This document shows, piece after piece, positions 1 to 11,940 of a DNA stretch of 64,000 nucleotides. Below the pieces are notes generated by a model. That model saw only the letters and a list, made by a program, of their open reading frames with translations. It did no database searches and was not told the DNA's origin. The translations under genes were made by a program, and so were the position numbers. Origin of the DNA: Phyllosticta citribraziliensis (lineage: Eukaryota); contig NW_027117341.1 of the NCBI RefSeq assembly GCF_038025025.1, positions 2,294,001-2,358,000 of the forward strand, written 5' to 3'. Numbering within the stretch: the first letter of the stretch is position 1; every line of letters begins with the position of its first letter.

Positions 1-1039
1 TGCAGCCGAGGGACGCCCGCCGGCGCAAACACCACGGCAAAGGCAAAGGTGCTCACTACCTACCAATGACGGGAGCGAATGGTCGACCAAGCCAAGGCGT
101 GCGCCAGAGGCAGGCGGGAGGCAGAGGGCAGGGCGGCTGCGGTGAGGTTGGAGCATCCGCGTTGGCGGCCGTAGATGGGGACTCCACGTCGTACTGCCGG
201 CAACAAGAGCGGCGTCCGTCGAACAGGCGATGCAAAAAAGCAGAAGGTCAAGGTTGCTTGCTCGGGATGGGACATGGCTATGTATGGGCATTGAATTGGT
301 GCATGTACATGTATGTAGTTTGTGCGGTGGTGGTGAGGTTTGGACCAAGACCCGACAGGGGAGTCACCACTCGGCCAGTCGGGCCGGCGCCGGCGGCGGG
401 GTGAAGACGGGACCTAAGGACCCCCGGCGGGCGGGCCTGCAGGTGGGGGCCGGGTGCCGGCGGTGAACGCCCGGTCCGTCTTCGGTTCCGGGATGGATGG
501 ATCTGCCCGCGGGCGGTCCGGGTCCCTCCCGTCACCACCATTTGGCTGTTCGCCGCAGCATTCCCTCCAAGCACCAGCGACGCGCGCGTCAGATTCAGCC
601 CAGGCACCCACCTGCCCTCCTCGCGCTACCCGGCCTGTTCTCCATGTCTTTGGCACTGCTGCTCGGTGGTTGTGAGGGCGACTGCGGGCTCCGACACGAG
701 GTCGGGGAAGTGCTCGGGTGGGAGGCTGAGTCGTCGCAGTCGATGGAGGCGCGACCGACTTTTTGCTACTGGGTCACAACTGGGGGCGGCTGAGGGCATA
801 CGGTAGTGCGTGTGTTTCACGGGTGCGCGGCGCCTTGGAATGCGGCCGTCGCTTGAATCCTCGTCGTGGGGCTTTGTGTCAAAATGCATCGTATCTTTTT
901 GCTTTCGCCGTCCGCCGCCGCTTTCATCTCGTCTGCTTTGACCATCATCATCATGCTTGATCAGCAGGCAAATCAAAGGAAGCGCCACGACTTGGTCGGT
1001 CGGGCGGCAATCAACCTGCCGTAAGCAGTTGGTGTGGGC

Positions 1040-1203
1040 GAGTTCCGCCAGGGGCCTGTGCGTGAGTTCCGCCAGGGGCCTGTGCGTGAGTTCCGCCAGG
1101 GGCCTATACGTGAGTTCCACTAGGGGCCTACGCTCGAGTGAGTTCCGCCAGGGGCCTGTGCGTGAGCGAGTTTCGCTAGGGGGGCCTGCGCGCGAGTTCC
1201 GCC
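1040..1203. repeat. 24-bp tandem repeat (GTGAGTTCCGCCAGGGGCCTGTGC), ~6 degenerate copies
   Basis: Units are directly visible. The minus strand reads (RPLAELTH)n in ORF 626..1120. Confidence 0.9.
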
Positions 1204-1467
1204 CGGAGACGTGCCGCAGATGGCCTCATAGAGTAGGGTGGGAGCTGCGGCGGCGGGGGCGGCGGCGCAACAGTCGGCGGTACACGGCGGCGGGAACACG
1301 GTCGGCTTGGGCCTCATCTTGGTCCTCATCATCCTTGTCACATCCACTGCGCATCGCAGGTCAGTGTTAGAGCGCTCATAGTGCGTGCGTAGACAGGAGA
1401 ATTCTTACCAACTCATGCTTGCGCCGGACGTTTTCGTACGTCTCTGTGCCCTCCTCGTGGAAAACAG

Positions 1468-2977
1468 ATGCACGACGACATGGCGCCCACACCAACGAAA
1501 AGGCTCTCAAGGAGGGCGCGCAAGCGCGCTGTAAGTCCGTAATCCATGAGCATCATCGTGGCACTAACCCACTGACCTTTTTTTCTTTTCAGTGCGACCA
1601 ATGCAATGCATGCCACCACCGCTACATGCCCCTCAGCGGCGAAGATCCGCAAGGTGTACCCGATGTTGGGACAGGGGTCTGACCTGCCGAGCTTCTCCCT
1701 CGTCCCACCTACAGTACTCAAGACGAAACTCACCTTGGGCCTCTAAGCACCACTACCTTTGTCGCCCGCCTACCGTGGAGTTGAGGATGAGTGGTCTCCA
1801 GTACATAGCCAGTCCGCCCGTCATCATGTTGCAAAAATCGGAAGCCGGCGGCAGCAGCGGCAGCGGTCGTGACAGCATCATGACGGACGCCTACACGGTG
1901 ACGGACGACGACACCATGACGGACGCCGACGCCACGGGCAAGCGCGCGATGGATGACGCCACCATGGCCGACGCCGGCGAGATGCAGCAGCCCATAACAA
2001 CCGCGGAAGACATGCTTAGGACGCTCAACATCAGCAACTGCATCGACTGGCCAAAGTTGAAAGATCTAGCAGGCGAAAGGCCCTGTGCAACCCGAGGGAG
2101 GCCCTCTCACCAGACCACACCCACAGCACCAACCGACGCTGGCACCACGTCCCGATGGCTTTGTTACTTTGGATTCTTCTCAGGACTCGGCACCGCCCGT
2201 TTGAAGACGCCATGGCGCCATGGATGCCTTGGAGATAGGAGATGCAGAGTGGTAGATAGACACATCAAAACCACGCGTTTTCCTCATTTCCTCTACTCTT
2301 TCTGCGGCATCCAACGAGCTGAGCACTCTCTCCTTATACCAAGGGCTGTCGTGATCGATTCTGGCACATGTCGCTCGACGAAGAAGCTTCTGTCGTGCAC
2401 ACGTACCCTACAGTTGTTGTTCTTTTGCGATCGAAGCACAGGTTTCGCCGTCAGGGCTGCTGCGGGGGAACCAATCTCGTTCATGCTCTTGATGTCTGGT
2501 CAATTTGAGGCGGTACCGGTGGTAGGCAAGGAACACTATTGGAGGAAGCCGGCCGGGGAGGATTTTTTCGGCCCGGCCCGGCCCGTCCACCCACCCAACA
2601 GCCTCGGCTCACCCGACGCCCTCCCGGTCAACACCACGCCCGGCAGACCACCCACTCTACCACATGAGCTCGTCGCCAACGTCGTCGAAAGCCTCTCCGG
2701 CTCCTCCGGCTCCTCCGAATCCTTCTCATCATCACCCTCATCGCAACTTAAGCGCAACGCTACACCGACAGCGACGATGCGGCTAAGCTTCCGACCCCCG
2801 CCCCGACCTCGCCAACCACGCCCGACCGAGCATGACACGGCGGACCATCTTCTGACAAGACAAGACTTGTCGTTCTCCGTCGGCCAAAATAGATCGCTAC
2901 TACACGCACCGACTGACTTCACTTTACAGGTCACGCTTCCTCGCCCGCCCCAAGAGCGCCGTCTGCGCGCCCCATAG
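1468..2977 (+). pseudogene. Disrupted Zn(II)2Cys6 transcription factor-like gene
   Basis: Exon 1468-1530 (..RRARKRA), intron 1531-1592 (GTAAGT..CTAAC..CAG), then CDQCNACHHRY..; a 1-nt frameshift separates this from RCTRCWDRGLTC. The third Cys reads TAC (TGC>TAC, RIP-type). The 3' end is uncertain. Confidence 0.7.
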
Positions 2978-3058
2978 CACCACGCACCACCGGACCTGAC
3001 GCACGACGAATTGAGCCGAACACGGTCGCGGCATCCCTCGTTCCCCCCTCGTCCATCC

Positions 3059-3633
3059 TCACTGCACGCCACACCCCGCCATCTCGCGCTGCCGCTGTCG
3101 GGTCGCCGTTGTCAGCCTCGCCGTCAGCTGGTCGACCAGGTCGCGATCCGAGGCGTGTTCGCGGCGCAGGGCGTCGAGTTGGTTGCGCAGGGTGTCGTTG
3201 TCCTGCACGAGCGACGCGATGGTGACCTAGACGTGGTGGTGGTGGCGTGTCAGGGCGTCTTTCTTCCTTTCCTTTCCTTTCCTTTCAGAACAGAAAGAAA
3301 GGTGGGAAGAGGAAAAAAAACCAATGTCCATACCGCAGAGTCCTCGCTCTCCACCCGATACTCCTCCACCCTCCGCGTCAGCTGCGTGACTGAAACCTGT
3401 TGCTCGTCGCCTCGTCGTCAGCGCCGCGTGCTACCACTCACTTGCACCTCCCAGGCCTCGTCCGCGGACACGCCGCACGCACGCACCGTCAGTTCGCCCC
3501 GTCGTCTCGCGCACTCGCCGCACGGCTCAATGCCCTGGTCCCGCCGCCGCCTGCTGCACTGGCTGCAGAGCGGTCCCGCCGTGCGCGCGTGCTGCTCTGG
3601 CTCGGCCGCCGTCTTGACAACGCGTTTGGACAT
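3059..3633 (-). CDS. Small CxxC..CxxC + coiled-coil protein, 3 exons (3633-3442, 3396-3334, 3226-3059)
   Basis: Two canonical introns (GTGAGT..CTGAC..CAG; GTATGG..CTGAC..TAG) join in frame. Heptad-rich C-terminus LVQDNDTLRNQLDALRREH. Confidence 0.7.
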
Positions 3634-3924
3634 GGATTATGGGGGAGACGTGGGGGAGAAAACAAGTGGGTTGCCGAAGATGGTTGACTGAGGTGCGCCG
3701 GTCTCGTTTGGTGCAAGCTGTACATATAAAAGCGCGTCGCTGGCTGGCTGGCTGACTGTCCCGAACTGGCGAGAAAGATGGATGAATCAATCAATCACGG
3801 TGTAAGCTGGGACATCTAAACAAGCGAGCGCTGCAGCAGTGCGGGTGCCGCATGGAGCGCAATGGAAACAACGAGATGCAACTGTAATAACCCAACATTT
3901 CATACACGCTTCTACCCCATATGC

Positions 3925-5056
3925 CTAGCTGAGCAGTACCGCGTCCAGCAGCCCGGTCATGACCTCGAGGTTGCGCGCCACGGCGGGAGCCACACTCATG
4001 GGATCGCCCGCGCGCGCCAGTGCCTGCAAGGCCGCCATCGTCGTCCAGCGCGCGCCGCCGTTGTCGTCGATGGTGCCCTCGCGCAGCCCGTCCGCCAGGC
4101 GCTGTAGCACCCTGACGTATTCCTCGAGAAACAGAAGCGCGTTCCTCAGAATCTGTATGGGCCCTTGGTCTTCCGTCAGACTGTTTGACAGCTCCCGCAT
4201 CGGGCGCAAAAGCTCCTTCGATTGGTCCCGGCGCCAAAAGCCGCCGTCCAGCTCGGGGCTCTCGATTGCCTCGATGAGAAACTCGTTCATGTGCTCAAGC
4301 TTCTCAACATTTTTCTGTTGCTCGTCAATGAAGTCCAAGGCCCAAATGGCGATGAACCGCGCTCACCTTGATGATGCGGACAATCCAGTTCAAAATCCTG
4401 AGCACCGTCTGCAGCTTTTGATCCACCCTGCCTAGCGTTTGTTGGAGATAAAGTAGGGCTGCGTCGGCGTCCACCGGCACGCGCTCGATTGCCGCCTCAA
4501 CGGTTGAAGCCGTCTCCTCGAGCAGCGCTTTTGCGGTCCTGGGGCTTTCGGCGGCGTCGTCGATGGCATTGCCCGCGCTCTCGAGGATATCAGGCGCGAA
4601 TTTGAGCAGGTAGAGTCCGTCCCGCAGCGACGTGTTCCGGGTCAGGGTACAGCTGTCTCCAATGGCGTGACTGACCGTGTGGGCGAGGTTCAAGTGTTTG
4701 TCGAGCCACCGAACCACGTCTCCCATATTGTTCAGGTGGGCCGAGGCCTGGACCGCTGCCATGTTGGGGTCGGCGTGCTTGATGATGGTTCTTGTAAAGG
4801 GAGGGGGGTGGGTCGGTCCGGCGGGAGGTACACGTTGTGGGAGGAGTGTGCGGGCGAAGAAAACAGCACCGAGAAAGAGGGCGGCGCAGGCCATGAGAGG
4901 ATGGTGGATCCAAAACAGCATCAGAGAGTTGGTGTTTCGGACGAGTTGGTCGTCGGCTACCCTGATGACCTGGCGAGCACGGTCTCGAAGTTGGTCGTCT
5001 ACATGGCTGGCTGGTGGGGAGCCATCTCTGGATGAGGCATATTCTCGATCCGCCAT
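3925..5056 (-). CDS. Single-pass membrane protein with long helical domain (family member A); intron 4366-4315
   Basis: ATG at 5056 (MADREY), TM segment LMACAALFLGAVFF. The GTGAGC..CAG intron fuses ORFs 4325.. and 3925.. in frame. Confidence 0.7.
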
Positions 5057-5559
5057 GTTGGCGGCAGCGGCGGATGATGTGTCTCGCGAAGTAGAATGGC
5101 GGTGCCAGCGTTGACCAAAGGGACGGCCAGCTTGTGGAGGACCAGGACGAGGCCAAGGAGGAGCCAGGAGCTGAAGGAGAGAGCGTGGACAAAGTCGTTG
5201 AGCGTAGCTGCGAGTGCGCGTCCGTTGCCGACGTGCGCCGCCTGGGCCAGGTCCATGTTGATGCACCGCGTCCACGCCAAGCACGCGTGTTCCAGCTGCC
5301 TGCGGCCCTGCGAGCAGCCGTAGTCGTGGTAGGCCTGGGCGCATCTTGTTATTTGCGTCAGGGCCTGCGCCGTGGCATGCATCGCGGCCGTCTGCCTGTC
5401 GCCTTGTACGGCATTGCAGCCGGCCCACACGGCCCACACGGTGCAGCACGCCCAGAAGAAGCGCACGCCCAGCTCGACGTACCGCGACAGGGTGCGCGGC
5501 AGCTGTGGGTGTGCCTCGACGTAATCGAGCAGCGAGCGCCACCACGCCGTGTTGTCCAT
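4999..5559 (-). CDS. brr6: Brr6/Brl1-family nuclear envelope protein (minimal, divergent)
   Basis: TM, then C-x3-Y-x4-C..C-x2-W-x2-C-x3-D (RCAQAYHDYGC..HACLAWTRCINMD), amphipathic ALAATLNDFVHAL, then a second TM. This matches the Brr6/Brl1 four-cysteine luminal domain. Confidence 0.8.
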   Translation of the reverse strand: MDNTAWWRSLLDYVEAHPQLPRTLSRYVELGVRFFWACCTVWAVWAGCNAVQGDRQTAAMHATAQALTQITRCAQAYHDYGCSQGRRQLEHACLAWTRCINMDLAQAAHVGNGRALAATLNDFVHALSFSSWLLLGLVLVLHKLAVPLVNAGTAILLRETHHPPLPPTWRIENMPHPEMAPHQPAM

Positions 5560-5867
5560 GTTGTTGTTTGTTGTTGTGGCTTGGAAGGGGGAGAGAGTGA
5601 AGTGGCCGGCCAAGTCTGCAGAATTCGAACAAAGGGGCCACATCTTCCCTCTTCTTCTGCTTTCGTCCAGTCGAGAACGAACAGTGATCATGTCCCCACT
5701 CTGACTCGTTGCTCTCGTCGTCCAAAAGCGTCTTTGTCTCGTCCAAGGCTCTCATTTTCCCACGTCGGTTTTGTTTTGTGCCTCAATCTTGACGTCTGCC
5801 GTCCCTCGTCATGCAATCACCTCCACTGCCGCATGTGTCGCGCAGTCATTCGTGGCCGCTGAGCGCA

Positions 5868-6651
5868 ATGGAGCGACGCTACAACCTTCGGCCGCTTGCG
5901 AATCGACGATACAGACGGGAGGACAGCAGCAACCATCAACCCCCTGACGAGCCCGACCGCGAAAAGATCTACGCCTGGAGCAGCAGCGGCTCTCAGTTTT
6001 CAGAAGAGCTTGTCGGTGTAGGCGCCTTGGGTACGAAGACTCGATCGGGTTGAAGGACGAAGGAACGCGCCTTTGGCTGACGCGTGGAATGCAGGGTATC
6101 CAGACTCGATCGAGACACGGCGACGCTTCTTCGGCCTCGGCGACAACAGAGTCGCCCTTGTCATAGGAACCATCGCCTTCATGGTCGGAGTGCTTGTCGG
6201 CAGCGTCCTGATGTGGTACCACTGCGCCACCACGACCGCGGCGAACGAGACCGCAGCAGCAGCAGCAGCAGCAGACTCACCCCAACAGCACCAACCACAA
6301 GCCCTGCTCGACCGCCTCGGTAAGGACCTGCAGATGTTGCACTGGAACTCGCTGCAGGCGCTTGGCGTGGCGTCGCCGCCGGGCGCCGCCGCCTCGGACG
6401 ACGACGTCAGCGCATGCCTTAAGACGATCGGCAAGAGCTACCGCTATTTCGGGGGCGTGTGGCATCCAGACCAATGCATATATCACAAGGCGGGCGTGCT
6501 GCACGAATGGCAGTGCAACGAGCTGTACAAGCAGGTGACGAACAAGGGGGATTCGGCGTATTACAGCTGCTTGGGCACGAAGCGACGCCTGGAAGTGTCG
6601 TCGCATGCCATGTGGCGCAGGGTGATGGAGGACGCAGCGGAGGAGGAGTGA
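5868..6651 (+). CDS. Membrane-anchored DnaJ/J-domain-like protein 1; intron 6031-6094
   Basis: A phase-1 intron GTACGA..CTGAC..CAG joins MERRYNLRP.. to ORF 6073. TM segment VALVIGTIAFMVGVLVGSVLMW. J-domain signature SLQALGV..AS..IGKSYR....WHPD..YKQV...AY. Confidence 0.75.
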
Positions 6652-6846
6652 AGTAAAGGAGTGTTCCCTGTCCATGTCAGTCTTTCTCGAGTCCATAAAA
6701 TTGTTGTTTTCTACTTGCGCACTCTTGATCCGTGAAGAAGACATCAACGTCGGCAAGCTTCTAGTGGCCAGGGCCATTTTGGACGACACAAAGAAGATGA
6801 AGCGTCGCCAGGGTCTGTCAGTGAGTCGGGTGTCAACGGGAGTGCC

Positions 6847-7046
6847 TGGCGGTGGATTGTGATGGTCTGGTGGTGCTGGTGGTGATGATGATGGAAGACT
6901 CGGACAAGGGACTCGGACTCCGGGCAGGTCGCTACATGTAGCCAGCCGTCTTAGTCAGCTAGCTGTTCACCTCGCCGCCCGCCGCGCCCCCCACCACCGC
7001 CCACCACCCACCACCACCATCACCAGACCATCACAATCCACCGCCA
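6847..7046. repeat. Inverted repeat, 26-bp perfect arms (6847-6872 / 7021-7046), extendable to ~38 bp
   Basis: TGGCGGTGGATTGTGATGGTCTGGTG and its exact reverse complement. Confidence 0.9.
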
Positions 7047-7256
7047 TGACGCCCTCGCCGACACTCTACGATGATCCTACGATGAAGGACCCTTCTTCTG
7101 CGGCTCTGCTGCTTCAATGTTGCGGGAATTGATGGCTATCGGGGCAGGCTGGCTTGAGTGCCACAAGTCGCCGTCACCGGCATGCCTTTGCACCCTGGAG
7201 AGGGCAGAAATCGTGTGCATTGCTCTATCTACAAGACCGGGCGCCAATCAAGACGA

Positions 7257-7927
7257 TCAAGGCACGAATCGCATGTCCACCTCCGCCTCCAAGCACTGCT
7301 GAATCTCCACAATCTGCAGCTCATGCCAGCGTTTGAGCTTCTCCTTGACGCACACGATATATTTCGCGCGCAGCCCCTTGGCCGCATCCTGCAATTCCTG
7401 CAACACCACCATGGTCGGCACCGACGGCGCGGCCAACGATTGCATCGTCTTGCCGACCTTGCGCAGCCGCTTTGTCGCCTCGGTCTTACTGTACACGGCC
7501 TTGAGGTCCTCGTGGACCGCCTTTTCAACGTCTACTGCGGCTTGGTAGGCCAGCTTGTGGATTGCCTTTTCCTCGTCATAGTCGGCACTGCCGGTGCTGC
7601 ACACGGACTCCCGGGATCCAGAACCAAACCCTGGATAGACGTCGCGATAGTCGGCCTCTGCTTGAGTGTTGTCGCGGGCATTGGAGACGCTCAATGCGCG
7701 GTCATCGTTGGTGGCCAAGCCTTTCAGCCTGTGCCGCACGGCTTCGTACGTGGATTCAGGCGCCTTGAGGGGGGCTGGCTGCTGTGGTGGTCAAAAGTCA
7801 GTCTCGGCTGGAAGCTGCGGCTAATATGCACGCATGGCGATGAGACACTTACATCTTTACTTGACAGATGACCACCCTGCTTCTTCTCCCGGTCCAGGCG
7901 GTTAAACATCTTGTTGGTCGAGGACAT
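7257..7927 (-). CDS. Hypothetical helical protein, paralog of 8401..9105; intron 7852-7782
   Basis: ATG at 7927 (MSSTNK). Phase-0 intron GTAAGT..CTGAC..CAG(CAG) is in frame with ORF 7257..7739. Confidence 0.7.
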
Positions 7928-8400
7928 TGCGATGTTTGGATTCTGAGGATGGAGAGTGCGCTGCTGCCCAGTTGGCTTGCGCGGGCGTCGGTTTAAAAGG
8001 CAAACATGATTTTGGAGACGGAATACCACCGCCATGTGGACGATTGTGGAAGCACGGTGCTAAGGCGCGACGAGTACTTTTTGGTTCGATTGGTTCGAAT
8101 GTTCGATTCTAAAACCGCACCTTCGACTACCATCTTTGCTCGAGGTCCGAGACAGTCGTACCGACAGTTGACTAGGTGGTTCTCTGTTCGACGCCTGACG
8201 ATCACCGTCTTGCGCACCTTGCAAACCAGCATGTACGTATAAAGTCTCTTTTACGCCGTGGAATACTGATTGCTCTAGAAACCCTCCAAATGGCCCCTAA
8301 TCCCGGTCAGGCCGCCCTGAATTTCAATATCAGCAGCTTGTGCAGACCAACGGCAAGTTAAATCATCCTCGTCCTGCAGCCAACCGCAGCAGCCAACAGC

Positions 8401-9105
8401 ATGCTAACCATCCCCTTCCAGTCTTTCCTCGGAGTGGCCATCAGCGAAGACGACGATCGAATCCCGAACATACGATGGAAGGCTCTGCAGTTCGTCCTGA
8501 GGGAAGTGCGCCTGTGGGCGGCCGAGAGAGACTTTTCGGACGGCGTCAACGCGAACAACTGCGAGCCCCTGCTGGCCGGATTCAATCTTGGGGCCTCTAG
8601 CACCACGTACAGCGACAGGGTACGCAGAATCCTGCGCAAGCGCGTGCTCGCAAAAGTGAGGGAGGTGGTTAGGGATGGGAATTCGGATGAGCGGCCGACG
8701 CATTCTACCTCTTCCGCCTCTTGTTCTCCGGGTCCTAGTCGCGGCCGGGGGGCTTCCACGGACGCGTCCAAGCTGCTCCATCCCCCGTTCACAGCCTCCA
8801 GAAGAACGACACGGCGCGCGGCAGTGGAAGCCGCTGTGGCTGAGATAGAGGCGGCGGAACACGCGGCGCATGCCCAGCTGATGGCGCTGTTCGACGGCTT
8901 CTTCGCGAGCCACGGCCAGCGGCGGCACTCGGCGGCGGCCGTCTCCGCCGCCGCGCAGGACCTGGCGGAGCGGGTGGAGCCGCTGCGGGCCAGCTACGTC
9001 GGGCACTTTGAGCGCAAGGTGACGGCGTGGTGCGCGCTGCAGATGCTGCGTGTCGAGGCGTGTCTGGATGCTGGTGCGACCGAGGCGGAAGAGGAGGAGG
9101 AGTGA
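8401..9105 (+). CDS. Hypothetical helical protein, paralog of 7257..7927
   Basis: 234-aa ATG ORF whose C-terminus aligns with that of the divergent neighbour. Confidence 0.7.
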   Translation: MLTIPFQSFLGVAISEDDDRIPNIRWKALQFVLREVRLWAAERDFSDGVNANNCEPLLAGFNLGASSTTYSDRVRRILRKRVLAKVREVVRDGNSDERPTHSTSSASCSPGPSRGRGASTDASKLLHPPFTASRRTTRRAAVEAAVAEIEAAEHAAHAQLMALFDGFFASHGQRRHSAAAVSAAAQDLAERVEPLRASYVGHFERKVTAWCALQMLRVEACLDAGATEAEEEEE

Positions 9106-9579
9106 TGAGTGGGTTCATGTTTGGCGAGGGGGGAGCAAAAGATATCGGTGTTTGGATTTTGCTGTCTAGTCTTGTCGTCCTGTTCCTGTTCCTGTTCCTG
9201 TTCCTCCTTCGGCGTCTCAATGATGGCATCAAGCTTGGACATCGGACTGGCGGTCAGTCAGTAGACGGACGCATCTGGGCTCGGGCGACGGCGGAATCCA
9301 AGGCGTGGTTGGCACAGACAATGGTCGTACAGTTGCGCGCCTCAGCCACTTGTTTTTCTTTTTTCTTTTTTCTTTTTTCCTTCCTCTTTTTTCTTTGGTC
9401 TTTTCACAATTGCAGCTGCCGTCCTGCTTGTACCACCTGCAACACGACGCACTGAGCCCTGCGTTGCATGTTGTGCATCACGTACAATGCGCGCAGGCCC
9501 TTATTTTCTTCTTCTTCACGTGTAGTCCTCTCGGCTCCACCGGCAGTTGCTCTTCTCTTTCGCGTCCTGATTCATCGGC

Positions 9580-10671
9580 ATGGCTGTTCCGCATGTCGCC
9601 CCCTCGGCCTCGTCGTCGTCAGAATCGGAGGACAACAATGACATCCAAGAGTCGATTCGTCACGCCCGCGAGTTTCAACGCAACGCCAAAGGCAGTCTCA
9701 AGTGGTCGACGGCGCTGCTTGGGATCCTGGTAGCCGCCATGGTTTCTCTTGTCGTGGGCTACTTTGCGGCAGACGCGCGTGGTGGTGGGTTCGGCCATGG
9801 TGACCCGGCCGCAAACGCCACGACCTGGTCGGCCGACAACGTGAGCGAAGACTTCAAGCGGCTGCTGGCGAGCCGCAACAGCCAGCCAGCCATCGCGGAA
9901 ACGGTCCGCCTCTCCGCAGCGCTCAAGTCCATGGCTGAGCAGGACTGGCACAACCTGACGCGGGCGCCTCTTGTGCAGGACGTGGTGCAGGCGGCGCTGG
10001 ACAGCGTCTTCTCAACCAATTGGAACTTCTCTGCGACGCAAGACGCCCTGCGCGACCTGAAAACGGCCGTCTAGGACGCCGTATCGTGCGTTGGGCTGGC
10101 CGTCGTGGTCGGCGAGGGCGTGTGCGAGCACGTCGCGGCCGTCTTTAGCGACGTGGAGCTGGCCATGCTCTTGCCGCGCGAGACGGGCCCCAGGCGGTCA
10201 AGATGCTGGCCGATGTCTTGGAGCGCGTTGCCGGCAGGCTAGAGAAAGCCGCCGTAAAGATCGAGGGCCGCGCCTCCAATCCCAGACACGAGGTACGTAT
10301 GTGCATGATATGCTCGTTTTCAAATACAAAGAACGTCGACTGACTGACCTTCGCACCAGGGCCTCCACTCGACACTCAAAGCCAAGCTGGACGCCCTCCA
10401 AGAGTACACCAACACGCTGCAGACCGAGATTGACGGGCTCGTCCGCGCTTGGATTTGGACCAGCGTCGACGCGTAGGGCGGGCGAATCTTCAACTACGCG
10501 CCGACGCTCCCGACGATGCGAGACAAACTCGACCAGGCGACATCTCTGCGCGCGGAGCTGCAGCGGCTGGCCCAGACCGTCGACGAAGGCGCCGCGCTCA
10601 ATGCCTACGGGCGTCTCCTGAAGGAGCACCTGCTGAGCGATGTGCGGGACGACGACGTGTCGGCCAAATAA
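9580..10671 (+). pseudogene. Single-pass helical glycoprotein (family member B), disrupted
   Basis: TM segment ALLGILVAAMVSLVVGYF and several NxS/T sites. In-frame TAG at 10072 and 10474, frameshift near 10180, intron 10293-10359. Confidence 0.65.
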
Positions 10672-10764
10672 TGGGTCAGTGCTAAACACGTACGAGTATA
10701 AGTAGACTTCGCGGGGGTTTCATTCACGAGATGATTGGTATATTCGACGTGCCCATCTACTTGC

Positions 10765-11940
10765 ATGGATTTGTCCGCGGCCTTTACCACGCATTGGCTT
10801 GCCGTTTTCCGCGCATCCATTCGAATACACTCCTATCTCGGACCCGACCTGGTCTTTGCGCGTATAGTACTGCCTAAGACTGCCAGCAAACTTAAAGCCT
10901 AGAAGTCAGTCTTGATCATCTTCATTTCGCATCCACTCGCTTCAATTCGATCCCTCAGCGGCATCGCCATCGTCCAAGCCATCGTCCAAAATGCCCTTGC
11001 GGAGCAAGCTCGTCTGCGGGCGCTGCTGCACGCGCAAAACCGGTCCATGGAGAACGTCTAGTGCCTAAATGACCGCCGCGTCGACATGATGGCGTGCTTC
11101 ACCCACAAACAACTCGAGGCGTTTGTCAAGAAGCTGATGTACGGTACCGTGAGAGTCCCAGGCTTGTGACCAAAGTCATGCGCGACAAGATGCTTCTTCT
11201 TCTGTCAAGGTGTTTTTACCCAGCTGACGAACACGTCTATGTGGTAGTGGGTGGTGCCGGCACACCACGAGGGGGATGAGCTCTACTTTGCTATTTCGCC
11301 GTATGATGATGACTCTGATGAGTTTGACACGTCGGACGACCCAGCCGTCCACAACGTCCACTTCCAGTCCAAGGCCTCATCCACCTTCTCTCGTACCAGG
11401 ACACCACCGCCATCTCCCGCCCCTACTCCATCTTTTACAATACCACCCATAGTGTCGTCGATCAAGCGCGGCAAGCAGCCCATCCGCCCGCAGCTGAAGC
11501 TTGAGACGTAGTCATCGGACGAGCATCTACCACATGCGCGTCCAGTCCAACGCAGACAAGGCTTTCTCTCTTTCTAGGGCACCGCTGCCATTTCCAACTC
11601 CCACTCCGTCTCCTCCACCGCTGCCCATGATGCGGCAAACAGCCCATCCGTCCGCAGCTGTAACTCGAGGCGCATTCCAAGTCAGAGCCCGCGCCCGCAG
11701 CGCAACCACCCGTCTCTGTCGCCGCCAGCACAGGAACCACCCGGACAGCAGCCCGCGTCTCGGTCGCGGGCTCCCATCCAACGCCTGGCGTCCTTGGTAT
11801 CGCCCACGACGGTGGTGTTGCGCCGCGACGCGCCTCTTGCGTTGGACCCACACACGGAGACTCCGTCTGCCAGCAGGATGGATGCGCCAACAGATGTCGA
11901 TGGATATGCCTGCGGGTGGGGCTGCGGGTTCTGGCTGAAA
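10765..11940 (+). pseudogene. Degraded gene with internal ~165-bp duplication (..KQPIRPQL.. twice)
   Basis: Long frame interrupted by TAG codons; 11340-11510 resembles 11515-11675. Confidence 0.4.

Noticed and set aside
626..1120. RPLAEL repeats as APC/C D-boxes
   Set aside because: The spacing does not fit RxxL, and the ORF lacks a clear ATG start.
1592..2977. Intact 461-aa protein
   Set aside because: The ORF starts at a splice acceptor and contains only half of the zinc cluster; it is probably composite.
4325..5755. Single 476-aa protein
   Set aside because: The first half is an off-frame read of the Brr6-like gene; the likely real gene starts near 5056.
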